Positions 1 through 10,332 of a stretch of DNA of 64,000 nucleotides are shown piece by piece. Numbering within the stretch: position 1 is the stretch's first letter; each line of letters opens with the position of its first letter. The stretch spans positions 83,328-147,327 of the forward strand of contig CAWGGP010000001.1 of the NCBI GenBank assembly GCA_963822075.1. The letters are read 5' to 3'. The translations under genes and the position numbers were made by a program. Source of the DNA: Candidatus Aminicenantes bacterium. GTDB taxonomy: Bacteria; Acidobacteriota; Aminicenantia; UBA2199. The notes beneath the pieces were generated by a model, which was not told the DNA's origin, made no database searches, and saw nothing but the letters and a program-made list of their open reading frames with translations.

Positions 1-154
1 AAGTTGATGCCGCTGGCCAAGGCCTTTTCCAGGACGCGGTCGGAGCTCGCCGCGTCCAGGCGCTGGATCGGGATCCCGCCCATGCCCATGCGCAGGACTT
101 GCAGACCGGTCGCGCCCAACGTTACGGCTTTGACCCCGGCGATCTTTTTGCGGA

Positions 155-158
<4 letters not shown>
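1..158 (-). CDS. aldo/keto reductase, N-terminal fragment leaving the window (start codon unresolved)
   Basis: Minus-strand translation reads LIRKKIAGVKAVTLGATGLQVLRMGMGGIPIQRLDAASSDRVLEKALASGIN, which fits the AKR N-terminus pattern (LG-TGL-V..LG.G ... AL..GIN-F). It is absent from the ORF track because it runs off the edge. The nearest ATG (160-162) is one base out of frame. Confidence 0.5.
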
Positions 159-723
<565 letters not shown>

Positions 724-727
<4 letters not shown>

Positions 728-1164
728 TTTTTGAAGAACTCTCTGATCCGGCACTCATAGGGGGCCGGGATGGCCAATTTTTCGCCGTTGAGCAAAAACC
801 GCCTGAGTTCGTCCAGCGATTTGAGCCGGTGGGCTTCGAAGATTTTCAGGATGGTTTTGGGCCCGATCCCCTTGATCTGGGCCATTTCGTAAAGGCTGTC
901 GGGGAACTCGGCCAGCAGGTCGTCCAGGATCTTCAGGGAGCCGATGATGACCAGGTCCTCGACCTTCTGGGCCAGCACCTTGCCGATGCCGTCGATGCGG
1001 GTCAGGTCCTCGCCGGCGAGCAGCATGTCCTCGATGGAGACCGGGTAATCGCGGATGCTTTTCGCGGCCTTGATATAGGCGCCGATCTTGAACTCGTTCT
1101 CGTCTTTCATGGCGAGGAAAAAGGCCAACTTGTCAAAAGCCCTGGCGATTTCCTGGTTGGTCAT
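724..1164 (-). CDS. helix-hairpin-helix protein resembling the N-terminal (8-kDa/fingers) part of family X DNA polymerases
   Basis: ORF 724-1326 trimmed to the ATG at 1164 (MTNQEIARAFDKLAFF...). Two HhH GIGxK motifs are present (IDGIGKV, IKGIGPK). No palm, thumb or PHP region follows. Confidence 0.65.
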
Positions 1165-1215
1165 GTTCGCGTTCTTGCGGGGACATTTTTTTGCGGCGCA
1201 CGTTTCATCGGCCCA

Positions 1216-1244
1216 ATCATAACAAAATTCTCGCCAAAAGTAAA
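1216..1244 (-). promoter_or_regulatory. candidate sigma70-type promoter for the HhH-maf unit
   Basis: Minus strand reads TTTACT-17 nt-TATGAT. It lies back-to-back with the plus-strand -35 at 1246. Confidence 0.35.
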
Positions 1245-1245
1245 T

Positions 1246-1274
1246 TTGACTTTGCCGCGAATGTCGCCTAGAAT
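1246..1274 (+). promoter_or_regulatory. candidate sigma70-type promoter, leaderless geometry
   Basis: TTGACT (1246-1251), 17-nt spacer, TAGAAT (1269-1274), then 6 nt to the ATG at 1281. No Shine-Dalgarno is possible. Confidence 0.5.
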
Positions 1275-1280
1275 CCGGCC

Positions 1281-1865
1281 ATGCACAAGATGGCTTTTTC
1301 CGGGGTCCCCGGCAGCGGCAAGACATCGGTCCTGGCCGAGGTCAAAAAAATGCTGGCGCTGAAATACCGGGTCGAAGAGGTCCCGGACCTGAGGCTGAAG
1401 AGCCCTTTCGACTTCGATCAAAAGCCCGGGTTCGTGAGCCAGTTTTATTTCATCACCAGCCAGATCAACGAGGAGAACATCCGGGCGCAGGGCCATCCCG
1501 ACTTCCTGCTTTGCGACGGTTCGCTCCTCGACCACTGGCTGGAGTGGCAGCGTTTCCTGGCCGCCAAGCCCGGCAACGGCCAGGCGGAAGAAAAAGACGC
1601 CTTGCTGGACAACCTCTACCGCTTCTGGATGCCGACCTATACGGTGGTCTTCCGCATGCGCGCCGACGCCAAGGTGCTGAAAAAAAGGCTGGCCACGGCC
1701 GGGTTGCACGAGTACCCGCAGGACCATTCGCCGCTTCTGGACGAGCTGTACGGCCGGATCGTGCAACGGGACCGCGTCCAGGCCTTTGACGTCTGGAACC
1801 ATCAGAGCATAGACGAAAGCGCCCAGCAAGTCATGACTCATATAGCGGATTTGAAGTTGATCTGA
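1281..1865 (+). CDS. small P-loop NTPase (AAA_28 / nucleoside-kinase-like), function unknown
   Basis: Walker A GVPGSGKT at residues 8-15 of a 194-aa ORF. Family assignment is by general resemblance only. Confidence 0.65.
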   Translation: MHKMAFSGVPGSGKTSVLAEVKKMLALKYRVEEVPDLRLKSPFDFDQKPGFVSQFYFITSQINEENIRAQGHPDFLLCDGSLLDHWLEWQRFLAAKPGNGQAEEKDALLDNLYRFWMPTYTVVFRMRADAKVLKKRLATAGLHEYPQDHSPLLDELYGRIVQRDRVQAFDVWNHQSIDESAQQVMTHIADLKLI

Positions 1866-1908
1866 GCTTTGGCGCCCGGGCGCGCGGCGGCTGCGATAGG
1901 AGGCGAGA

Positions 1909-3381
1909 TTGCGGGTCAAACTGGCAGGCTTCAACGTGGACGCGGATATCCTGCGGCAATTGGAACTCCGCGGCGGCAGGCACCTGACCCCGGAAACGCT
2001 CAGCGCCGCCTATGCCCGCATCAGCCGCAGCCCCCTGCCTGTCGACCAGCTCAGAAAAAAAGCCTGCCTGGACGTGGAAAAGGCCAGGAGTTCGAACCAG
2101 AAGATCATTTTTGCCATGGGGCACCACTCGGTGGCCGAGCACGCGGTCTTCAATTTCGACGTCATGGGCATCTCGCGCCTGGTCCTGGAGGAAACGGAAC
2201 GGTTCCGCCTGGTCTCGTATACCGAAAAATCACAGCGCTATGTCACCCTGGAGGGGGACCTGGTCCTGCCAAAGGAGATCGGGGACGCGGGGCAAAAAAA
2301 ATTATTCCTCGAGACGGTGCGGAAGCAGAACCGGTTCTACTTCAAGTCGTTTGCGCTCTTGAACAAGCGCCTGCAGCGGCGGCACCGGGACATGGTCAAG
2401 AGCCCCGCCGGCCAGAAGCTCGTGGAGGGCTGGGCCAAGGAAGACGCCCGTTACATTTTGCCGCTGGCCAGCAGCGGCCAGGTGGGCATGACGGTCAACG
2501 CCCGCAACCTCGAGCACATGTTCCGCCGCCTGCGCCTGAGCCCCCGGGGGGAGGCGAGGGAGCTCGGCGAAAAACTGTACGCCCTGGTCCTGCCTATTGC
2601 CCCTTCCATCATCCTGTTCCCCGAACCGACCGCTTTCGATCGCCAGGCGTTTTCGGCGTTGGACGATTATTTCGCCCGGCGGCCCGGACCGGCAGGGCCG
2701 CCGCCCGGCCTGGAACCCGAGATCGTTTCCTATACCGAGAACGGCGACGACGTGATCCTGGCGGCGCACGCCAGCACCAGCCGCGGGCTCGATTTCAGGC
2801 GCGCCCTGGACACGGTGAAAAAAACAAGCCCGGCGCGCAAGAAAGCCTTGCTGCGGGAATTTTTCAAGGAGGTCCAGTTCTTCAGCGCCATGCCCCGGGA
2901 ATTTGAAATGGCCGACATCACGTTCCAGGCGGTCGTCAGCGCGGCCAATTTCGCCCAGCTCAAGCGCCACCGCATGGCCACCCTGCTCGCCGGCGAATAC
3001 GCCCCGGAGCTGGGCAACACCTGCCCGGCGAGCATCCGGGAAGCCGGGCTGGAAGGCGAGTTCAACGAGATCATCGGAGCCGCCAACCGGGCGTACCTGG
3101 AGCTCAGAAGAGGATCCGGCGCCGCCGCCGACTACGTCCTGACCAATTCCCATCGGCGCCCGGTGCTGATGAAGATGAACCTGAGGGAGATGTACCATTT
3201 CGCCCGGCTGCGCGACGACGAGCACGCCCAGTGGGACATCCGTGCCCTGGCCCACGGCTTGTCCGAAAAGGTCCGGGCACTGATGCCATTGACCGCCATG
3301 CTGCTTTGCGGCAAAAGCCGCTTCGCCGAAGAATACGGAAAGATCTTCTCTGCCCCGCCCCGGGGCGGAAACGGCAAGTAA
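1909..3381 (+). CDS. thyX: FAD-dependent thymidylate synthase ThyX, double-length (tandem ThyX fold)
   Basis: 490 aa. The first half carries RFRLVSYTEKSQRY (ThyX motif RHRxxSxxxxSxRY with H to F). The second half carries KRHRMATL and HFARLRDDEHAQWDIR. Confidence 0.85.
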   Translation: MRVKLAGFNVDADILRQLELRGGRHLTPETLSAAYARISRSPLPVDQLRKKACLDVEKARSSNQKIIFAMGHHSVAEHAVFNFDVMGISRLVLEETERFRLVSYTEKSQRYVTLEGDLVLPKEIGDAGQKKLFLETVRKQNRFYFKSFALLNKRLQRRHRDMVKSPAGQKLVEGWAKEDARYILPLASSGQVGMTVNARNLEHMFRRLRLSPRGEARELGEKLYALVLPIAPSIILFPEPTAFDRQAFSALDDYFARRPGPAGPPPGLEPEIVSYTENGDDVILAAHASTSRGLDFRRALDTVKKTSPARKKALLREFFKEVQFFSAMPREFEMADITFQAVVSAANFAQLKRHRMATLLAGEYAPELGNTCPASIREAGLEGEFNEIIGAANRAYLELRRGSGAAADYVLTNSHRRPVLMKMNLREMYHFARLRDDEHAQWDIRALAHGLSEKVRALMPLTAMLLCGKSRFAEEYGKIFSAPPRGGNGK

Positions 3382-3395
3382 GCTCCCCGCCCGCT

Positions 3396-4688
3396 TCAGG
3401 AAATGATGAAATCCAGGGCGAAAAGCAGGGAGATCACGACCAGCAGCGGATGGATCTCCCTGGTCTTTCCGGTCAACAGCTTCAACAGCACAAAGGAGAT
3501 GAATCCGTAACCGATCCCCTTGGATATGCTGAAGGTGAAGGGGATCATGATCATGGTCAGAAACACCGGCAAGGCGGTGCTGGCATCGTCCCAGTGGACG
3601 GCGCGCACCCCGGAGATGAGCAGGAAACCGACCAGGATCAACGCCGGCGCCGTGGCGTAAGCGGGCACGATGGCGACCAGGGGCGTGAAGAACACCGCCA
3701 GCAGGAACAGGCTGCCGGTCACGACCGAGGTCAGGCCGGTGCGGCCGCCCTCGCCGACGCCCGCGGAGCTCTCCACGTAGGTGGTCACCGAGCTGCAGCC
3801 GAACAGCCCGCCGCACAGGGCAGCCAGGGAATCGACGAGCAGGATATTCTTCAGCCGGGGGATCCTGCCGTCGCGGTCCAGGAACCCCGCCTGCTCGCCT
3901 ACGGCCACCACGGTCCCCATGGTATCGAAGAAATCGGTGATCAAAAAGGCGAACAACGTTCCCAGCAGCCCCAGGCGCAGGGCGCCGGCGATGTCCAGGG
4001 CGAAGAACGTCCTGAAATATTCAACGCGCACCCCGGCCACCAGGGATGCCGGCAGGCGGACCAGCCCCATAACGGCGGCGACGGCCGTGGAGAGCAGGAT
4101 GCCGATCAGGAAGGCCCCGCGGACCTTCTTGGCCAGCATTACCGCCGTTGCCAGCAGGCCGAACAGCGCGATCAGGCTCTCCGCCCCGATGCGTCCGAAC
4201 GTGACGATCGTTGCCGCGTCGGGGATGACCAGCTTGGCGTTCTGCAGGCCGATCAAGGCGATCAGCAGGCCGATGCCTACCCCGATGCCGCGTTTCAGGT
4301 CGAGGGGAATGGCGTTCATCACCCCTTCGCGGATCCGGGTCAGGACCAGGACGAAAATGATGGCGCCCTCGAGAAAAACGATGCCCATCGCCGTCTGCCA
4401 GGGGACTTTCATGCCGATGACCACACCGTAGGCCAGGAACGCGTTCAACCCCATGCCCGAGGCCAGGGCAAAAGGATAATTGCTGGCCAGCCCCATGAGG
4501 ATGCTGAGCAGCCCGGCCCCGAAACAGGTGGCCACCGCCAGGGCGGGAATGAATTCCTCGCCCATGGCCGCGGCCAATATCTTCGGATTCACGAAAATGA
4601 TGTAGGCCATGGCCATGAACGTGACCACGCCGGCACCCATCTCGCGACCGACCGTAGTGTGGTTCTGTTTCAGCTTGAAAAGATCCAT
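3396..4688 (-). CDS. NCS2-family purine permease (adenine/guanine/hypoxanthine, AzgA/PbuG type)
   Basis: 430-aa polytopic protein. The N-terminus LFKLKQNHTTVGREMGAGVVTFMAMAYIIFVNP is typical of this family. Confidence 0.85.
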   Translation of the reverse strand: MDLFKLKQNHTTVGREMGAGVVTFMAMAYIIFVNPKILAAAMGEEFIPALAVATCFGAGLLSILMGLASNYPFALASGMGLNAFLAYGVVIGMKVPWQTAMGIVFLEGAIIFVLVLTRIREGVMNAIPLDLKRGIGVGIGLLIALIGLQNAKLVIPDAATIVTFGRIGAESLIALFGLLATAVMLAKKVRGAFLIGILLSTAVAAVMGLVRLPASLVAGVRVEYFRTFFALDIAGALRLGLLGTLFAFLITDFFDTMGTVVAVGEQAGFLDRDGRIPRLKNILLVDSLAALCGGLFGCSSVTTYVESSAGVGEGGRTGLTSVVTGSLFLLAVFFTPLVAIVPAYATAPALILVGFLLISGVRAVHWDDASTALPVFLTMIMIPFTFSISKGIGYGFISFVLLKLLTGKTREIHPLLVVISLLFALDFIIS

Positions 4689-4727
4689 GTTCTACCTCGC
4701 GCCAGGAATAATAATCGCTTCCATTCG

Positions 4728-4757
4728 CTCAAGTCAACAGGATTCCGTTCCAGCGCA
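4728..4757 (-). promoter_or_regulatory. candidate promoter of the purine permease gene
   Basis: Minus strand reads TTGACT-18 nt-TATTAT, followed by a GAGG Shine-Dalgarno and the ATG at 4688. Confidence 0.45.
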
Positions 4758-4805
4758 GGGCGAGCCTACTCCCTGCGGCCGGCCGGGGCAAATGGCCGTT
4801 TTTTG

Positions 4806-4834
4806 TTGACGGAAGGCCGTCTTTGTGGTATTTT
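4806..4834 (+). promoter_or_regulatory. candidate promoter, near-leaderless geometry
   Basis: TTGACG (4806-4811), 17-nt spacer, TATTTT (4829-4834), then 8 nt to the ATG at 4843. Confidence 0.5.
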
Positions 4835-4842
4835 GCTGAATA

Positions 4843-5472
4843 ATGACAGACATCTTCCGCATCGTGGTCCAGTTCGCCGTCGTGCTCTTCGCCCTCTCGG
4901 TGCACGAGTCGGCCCACGCCTGGACCGCCGACAAATTCGGCGACCCGACGGCGAGGCTGATGGGCCGGGTGACCCTCAATCCTATCGCCCACATCGACCT
5001 GTTCGGCACCATTATCTTCCCGATCCTGCTGGCCGTCATCGGCGGCCCGGTCTTCGGCTGGGCCAAGCCGGTCATGGTCAACCCCAACAACCTGCGCAAC
5101 CGCCGCCGGGACGGCATGCTCGTGTCCGCGGCCGGCCCCATATCCAACCTGCTGGTCGCCGGGGCCACCATCCTGGCCTTCCTGGCCCTGAAAAGCACGG
5201 GGCTGCTCGCCTCCCAGCCGCTGTTCACCATCCTGCTCTTCCTGATCATCATCAACATCTACCTGGCCGTTTTCAACCTGATCCCCATCCCGCCGCTGGA
5301 CGGCAGCGGCGTGTTGGAGGGCCTGCTCAAGGGCGACGCCCTGCGCGCTTTTGAAGCGGTCAAGCCCTATGGCTTTTTCATCCTGCTGCTGATCATTTAT
5401 TCCCACCTGCTGGACTTCATCGCCGATCCCATCTTCCGCCTGGTCATGAAGATCCTGGGGCTGGGAGCGTGA
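4843..5472 (+). CDS. site-2 protease family (peptidase M50) membrane metalloprotease
   Basis: HESAHAW (HExxH) sits in a hydrophobic helix. LNPIAHIDLFG and FNLIPIPPLDGS motifs are also present. Confidence 0.85.
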   Translation: MTDIFRIVVQFAVVLFALSVHESAHAWTADKFGDPTARLMGRVTLNPIAHIDLFGTIIFPILLAVIGGPVFGWAKPVMVNPNNLRNRRRDGMLVSAAGPISNLLVAGATILAFLALKSTGLLASQPLFTILLFLIIINIYLAVFNLIPIPPLDGSGVLEGLLKGDALRAFEAVKPYGFFILLLIIYSHLLDFIADPIFRLVMKILGLGA

Positions 5473-6452
5473 GCCCGATGACCGTCATGAGCGGCATCCG
5501 GCCGTCGGGCACCGGCGAACTCCACCTGGGGCACTGGGAGGGGGCGCTGAAAAGCTGGGTCAAGCTGCAGGAAATAGGCGAATGCTACTATTCCATCGTC
5601 GACTGGCACGCCCTGACCACCGAATACCAGGATGTGAAGAACATCCAGGCCAATATCCGCCAATCACTGCTGGACATTCTGTCGGTGGGCATCGACCCCG
5701 AGAAAAGCGTCGTCTACCTTCAGTCGGCGGTCAAGGAGATCGCGGAGCTCACCCTGCTGCTGGGCATGGTGACGCCGCTCGGCTGGCTGGAGCGCGTCCC
5801 CACCTTCAAGGAGCAGCAGGCGCAACTGGCCGACCGCGACATCAACACCTACGGCTTTCTCGGCTACCCGCTGCTGCAGACCGTGGACATCATCATCATG
5901 AAGGCCGACACCGTCCCCGTGGGCGAGGACCAGGTCTTCCACCTGGAGCTGGCCCGCGAGATCGTGCGCCGCTTCAACGGGCTGTACGGCAATTATTTCC
6001 CCGAGCCGCAGGCGTTTCTCACCCCCATCCCCAAGCTGCCCGGAATCGACGGCCGCAAGATGAGCAAGAGCTACGGCAACGCCATCTACCTGAACGACCC
6101 CGCCGCCGTGGTGGAAGGGAAGATCAGGCCCATGGTCACCGACGTGCGCCGCAAGCGCCGCAGCGACCCCGGCGTGCCCGGGGATTGCCCGGTGTTCGCC
6201 CTGCACAAGGCCTATTCCAAAGGGGACGAGATCGCCATGGCCGACGCCGAGTGCCGCAGGGCGGGCATCGGCTGCATCGACTGCAAGAAGATCCTCATCG
6301 CCAATATCAACGATTTCCTGGAGCCGTTCCGCCAGCGGCGCAGCCGCTACGAGAAAATGGCCGTTGCCGACATCCTCGCGCCGGGCAACCGCCGCGCCGC
6401 CGCCCGCGCCGGGGAGACCATCGCCCGGGTGCGCGGGCTGATGAACGTATGA
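5469..6452 (+). CDS. trpS: tryptophan--tRNA ligase
   Basis: Class I signatures GELHLGHW and KMSKSYGN. 327 aa, GTG start overlapping the upstream stop. Confidence 0.9.
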   Translation: MSPMTVMSGIRPSGTGELHLGHWEGALKSWVKLQEIGECYYSIVDWHALTTEYQDVKNIQANIRQSLLDILSVGIDPEKSVVYLQSAVKEIAELTLLLGMVTPLGWLERVPTFKEQQAQLADRDINTYGFLGYPLLQTVDIIIMKADTVPVGEDQVFHLELAREIVRRFNGLYGNYFPEPQAFLTPIPKLPGIDGRKMSKSYGNAIYLNDPAAVVEGKIRPMVTDVRRKRRSDPGVPGDCPVFALHKAYSKGDEIAMADAECRRAGIGCIDCKKILIANINDFLEPFRQRRSRYEKMAVADILAPGNRRAAARAGETIARVRGLMNV

Positions 6453-7183
6453 TGGAAAGCGAATTTACCGGCTACCAGGTCCAGACCGAATACTTCGAAG
6501 GGCCGCTCGACCTGCTGCTGCACCTGATCCGCAAGAACAAGATGAACATCATCGAGGTGCGCCTGTCGCAGATCACCACCGAATACCTCTCCTACCTGGA
6601 AAGCAAAAAGGGCCTCAACCCGTCGCGGGAAAGCGAATTCCTGATGACCGCCGCCACCCTGATCTATATCAAGTCGCGCTCCCTGCTGCCCAGGCCCGAG
6701 ATCCCGGGCGAAGAATCGCCCGAAAAGCAGCTGATCCACACCCTGATCGAATACGAGAAGATCCAGAAGATCTCCATGATGCTGCGCGAGATGGAAGGCA
6801 CGGAACTCCTGCTCTGGCGGCGCCTGGAGATGAACGAGAGCTTCGCCAACCGCGAATACGAGCTGAAGGAAGTATCGGCGTTCCAGCTGGCCGAAATATT
6901 TTTCGACATCGTCAAGAAAAAGGAATACGAGCAGTTCCTGGAGATCCCGTCCAAGAACTATTCCATCGCCAAGAAGCAGGAAGAGATCCTCTCCCTGCTG
7001 GCGGTCAACGGCTACTTCGATTTCAGCGAGTACACGTCCAAGCTCGACTCCCTCGAGGAGCTTGTCGTCAGTTTTTTCACCCTGCTGGAAATGATCAAGC
7101 GCCACATGCTGATCGCCGTCCAGGAGCAGCTGTTCGGGACCATCTCCATCTACAAGAACGAGCCCGGCCAGCTGGACAACTGA
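6449..7183 (+). CDS. scpA: segregation and condensation protein A
   Basis: MMESEF...YFEGPLDLLLHLIRKNKMNI is the ScpA signature. The ATG at 6449 overlaps the trpS stop (ATGA). This is the real part of the long ORF 5582-7183. Confidence 0.88.
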   Translation: MMESEFTGYQVQTEYFEGPLDLLLHLIRKNKMNIIEVRLSQITTEYLSYLESKKGLNPSRESEFLMTAATLIYIKSRSLLPRPEIPGEESPEKQLIHTLIEYEKIQKISMMLREMEGTELLLWRRLEMNESFANREYELKEVSAFQLAEIFFDIVKKKEYEQFLEIPSKNYSIAKKQEEILSLLAVNGYFDFSEYTSKLDSLEELVVSFFTLLEMIKRHMLIAVQEQLFGTISIYKNEPGQLDN

Positions 7184-7188
7184 AACCC

Positions 7189-7761
7189 ATGATCCCCGAA
7201 CCGATGACCCGGCAGATCGCCCTGATCGAGGCGATACTCTTCGTGTCCAAGGAACCGGTGGAGCCGGGACGGATCATGGAGTTCCTGGGGATCGGCGACA
7301 TCGAGGAATTCGAGAAGATCCTGACTGCGATGGAGAAAGAGCTCCTGCTGGAGCGGCCCGAGCGCGGGCTGCTGTTGAAACGGAGCGGCGGCGGGCTGCA
7401 ACTGGTGACCAAGCCCGACCTGCACGAGGAGCTGAAGCAATTCTTCACCATCCGCCAGGCCACCAAACTGACCATCGCCTCGCTGGAGACCTTGTCCATC
7501 ATCTCCTACCGCCAGCCCGCCACCCTGACCGAGATCTCCCTGATGCGCGGGGTCAACTCATCGGGGCCGGTGAAGAACCTGCTGCAGAAAAAACTGATCA
7601 AGATCACCGGCCGCAAGCAGGTGCCCGGGCTCCCCGCCCTGTACGCCACGACCCCGGAATTCCTGATCTATTTCGGCCTGAACGACCTGTCGGAACTGCC
7701 TTCGCTGGAAGAACTGACCGAACTTTTCGAGGAAAAAGAACAGCCTTCATTATTCAAATAG
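7189..7761 (+). CDS. scpB: segregation and condensation protein B
   Basis: IALIEAILFVSKEPV N-terminus. 190 aa, directly downstream of scpA. Confidence 0.88.
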   Translation: MIPEPMTRQIALIEAILFVSKEPVEPGRIMEFLGIGDIEEFEKILTAMEKELLLERPERGLLLKRSGGGLQLVTKPDLHEELKQFFTIRQATKLTIASLETLSIISYRQPATLTEISLMRGVNSSGPVKNLLQKKLIKITGRKQVPGLPALYATTPEFLIYFGLNDLSELPSLEELTELFEEKEQPSLFK

Positions 7762-7770
7762 GAGGAGCCG

Positions 7771-8889
7771 ATGGAATCTCTGGTCAACCCCCACGTGCTG
7801 CAGATCACACCATATAAGCCGGGGAAACCGGTCGAGGACATCCAGAGGGAATTCCACCTGGCCAAGGTCGTCAAGCTGGCCTCCAACGAGAACATGCTGC
7901 CGATCCCGGAGCACGTCCGCCAGGCCATCGTCGACGAGATCTCCCAGGTCCACTGCTACCCCGATTCCGACAATTACTACCTGCGCCGGCGCATCGCCGA
8001 GTACAACGGCATCGACATGGATAACGTCATCGTCGGCGCCGGCTCGGTCGAGATCATCCAGCTGCTGATCCGCACGTTCCTCAAGCCCGGGGAAAAGGTC
8101 CTGACCTCGGAAAAGACCTTCTCGCTCTACAAGATCGCCACCACCGAGATCGCCGGCGCCGGCGCCTTCGTCGAGGCGCCGATGGACAAGGAGCTGCGCT
8201 TCGACCTGGACGCCATCTCCGCCCGCGCCGCGTCGGACGCCAAGATCATCTTCATCACCAACCCCAACAACCCGACGGGCACCTTTCTCCATGGCGCGGA
8301 CGTCCGCTCTTTCATCGACCGCCTCCCCGCCGACCGGATCATCGTCCTGGACAACGCCTACCAGGAGTACATCGACGACCCGGGCGACTATGTCACCGGC
8401 CTGGACGAGATCCGGCGCCGGAAGAACGTGGTGGTGCTGCGCACGTTCTCCAAGGTCTACGGCCTGGCCGGCCTGCGCGTCGGCTACGCCCTGGCCCATC
8501 CCGAGGTCATCGCCATCCTCAACCGCGTCAAGCCGCCCTTCAACGTCACGCGCATCGGCCAGCGCGCCGCTCTGGCGGCCCTGGAGAACGACGACTACAA
8601 GGACCTGTCCGTGCGCATGAACCGCGCCAACAAGGCCCGGCTGTTCGCCCAGCTGCAGGACCTGCGCTTGCGCGTGATCCCATCCCAGGCCAATTTCCTC
8701 CTTTTTTTCCCGGCGGTCGACGTCGCCGGGCTGAACCAGCGCCTGTTGCGGCAGGGGGTGATCATCCGCCCCATGGCCGGCTTCGGCATCCCCGACGCCA
8801 TGCGCGTCACCGTCGGCCTGGAAGAGGAGAACGATTTTTTCATCGCCAAGCTGGGCCAGGCGCTGGAGGAGATGAAAAATGGACTATGA
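7771..8889 (+). CDS. hisC: histidinol-phosphate aminotransferase
   Basis: KLASNENMLPIP motif and the PLP-lysine region FSKVYGLAGLRVGY. 372 aa. Confidence 0.88.
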   Translation: MESLVNPHVLQITPYKPGKPVEDIQREFHLAKVVKLASNENMLPIPEHVRQAIVDEISQVHCYPDSDNYYLRRRIAEYNGIDMDNVIVGAGSVEIIQLLIRTFLKPGEKVLTSEKTFSLYKIATTEIAGAGAFVEAPMDKELRFDLDAISARAASDAKIIFITNPNNPTGTFLHGADVRSFIDRLPADRIIVLDNAYQEYIDDPGDYVTGLDEIRRRKNVVVLRTFSKVYGLAGLRVGYALAHPEVIAILNRVKPPFNVTRIGQRAALAALENDDYKDLSVRMNRANKARLFAQLQDLRLRVIPSQANFLLFFPAVDVAGLNQRLLRQGVIIRPMAGFGIPDAMRVTVGLEEENDFFIAKLGQALEEMKNGL

Positions 8890-10246
8890 CCTCCTGTTCA
8901 TCGGCGGCGGCCCCGCCGGCTACGAAGGGGCGATCGCCGCGGCCAAGAAGGGCCTGAAGACCGCGGTGGTGGAAATGGACCTCCTGGGCGGCACCTGCCT
9001 GCAGCGGGGCTGCATCCCCACCAAGGCCATCCTGCACTCGGTCAAGGCCCTCAAGCAGATCAACGACTTCGCCAAGATCGGCGTGCGGGTGGAAAAATTC
9101 CAGGTTTCCCTCGAGGAGATCGAGCGGCGCAAGACCCGCATCGTCAGCAAGCAGACCCGCGGCATCGAGCTCCTTTTCAAGCAGCACGGCATCCAGCTCA
9201 TCAAGGGCCGGGCCCAGGTGACCGGGGCGAGCACCGTCAGCATCGACGGCCAGAAGGAGATCACGGCGCGGCACATCGTGGTCGCGACCGGCTCCCGGCC
9301 GGCCGAACTGCCGTTCCTGAAATGGGACGGGGTGCAGGTGGTCAGCTCCGACCAGCTGCTGCAGCTGCAAGCCGTCCCCGAAACCATGCTGGTCGTCGGC
9401 GCCGGCGCCGTGGGGCTGGAATGGGCCCTGATCTACAGTTACCTGGGCAGCAAGGTGACGGTGGTCGAGATCATGGAGACCGTGGTCCCGGGCACCGACC
9501 GCGAGGTCGCCACCATACTGAAAAACGAACTGATCAAGCAGAACATCACCATCTATACCGGGACCGCCATCGCCAACCCCGGCCGCGGCGAAAAGATCGG
9601 CCTGGATTTCAAAAAGGGCGACAAGGAGTGGCACGAGGAGTTCCACAAGGTCCTGCTGGCGGTCGGCCGACTGCCCAATACCGCGGGGCTGTTCGCCGAC
9701 GGCCTGCCGCTCCGCCCCGACGCCAAGGGCTTCATCCCGGTCTCGGCGAACCTGGAGACCGCGGTCCCCGGGATCTTCGCCTGCGGCGACGTGGTCGGCC
9801 CGCCGCTTCTGGCGCACAAGGCCTCCCACCAGGCCATGGCCATCGTCGACTTCATCGCCGGCAACAAGCCGGTCGCCCACCACCCGCTGCCGGCGGCCAT
9901 CTTCACGTTCCCCGAGCTGGCCACGGTGGGGCTCAGCGAGGAGCAGGCGCTGGCGGAGAAGCGCAAGGTCACGATCGGCCGTTTCCCCTACGCCGCCGGT
10001 TCGCGGGCCAACGCCATCGACGAAAAGACCGGCCTGGTCAAGGTGGTCGCCGGCGAGGACCATACCATCCTCGGCGCCCACATCGTCGGCGCCGAGGCGG
10101 GCGAACTCCTGCCGCTGCTGACCTACGCCGTGACCCGGGGCCTGAAAAGCGAGGATTTCAAGGACCTCGTTTTCATCCATCCTACTTTAAGCGAAAACGT
10201 CTGGGAGGCCCTGGGAGAGATCGGGAACTTTTCCATCCACATTTAA
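8879..10246 (+). CDS. lpdA: dihydrolipoyl dehydrogenase
   Basis: FIGGGPAGY FAD motif, redox disulfide GGTCLQRGCIPTK and C-terminal HPTLSE. 455 aa. Confidence 0.88.
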   Translation: MDYDLLFIGGGPAGYEGAIAAAKKGLKTAVVEMDLLGGTCLQRGCIPTKAILHSVKALKQINDFAKIGVRVEKFQVSLEEIERRKTRIVSKQTRGIELLFKQHGIQLIKGRAQVTGASTVSIDGQKEITARHIVVATGSRPAELPFLKWDGVQVVSSDQLLQLQAVPETMLVVGAGAVGLEWALIYSYLGSKVTVVEIMETVVPGTDREVATILKNELIKQNITIYTGTAIANPGRGEKIGLDFKKGDKEWHEEFHKVLLAVGRLPNTAGLFADGLPLRPDAKGFIPVSANLETAVPGIFACGDVVGPPLLAHKASHQAMAIVDFIAGNKPVAHHPLPAAIFTFPELATVGLSEEQALAEKRKVTIGRFPYAAGSRANAIDEKTGLVKVVAGEDHTILGAHIVGAEAGELLPLLTYAVTRGLKSEDFKDLVFIHPTLSENVWEALGEIGNFSIHI

Positions 10247-10332
10247 GCGCCGGCCTTCCCGGCGGGGAGCTTCAGGGTCCGGGCCGCTGGTTCGATTTGA
10301 TTTTTAATAATCATTTAACTATAATCTGTCCA

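Noticed and set aside
4689-4760. Possible purine riboswitch in front of the NCS2 purine permease gene
   Set aside because: The leader between the predicted -10 and the ATG is only about 20 nt. The upstream sequence lacks the conserved purine-riboswitch junction sequences.
2302-5354. Very long ORFs 2302-3816 (-, 504 aa) and 3231-5354 (+, 707 aa) overlapping thyX, the purine permease and the M50 protease gene
   Set aside because: Their translations are Arg/Gly/Pro/Asp-rich, low-complexity and without motifs. They lie antisense or out of frame to genes with clear family signatures. These are typical shadow ORFs of GC-rich DNA.
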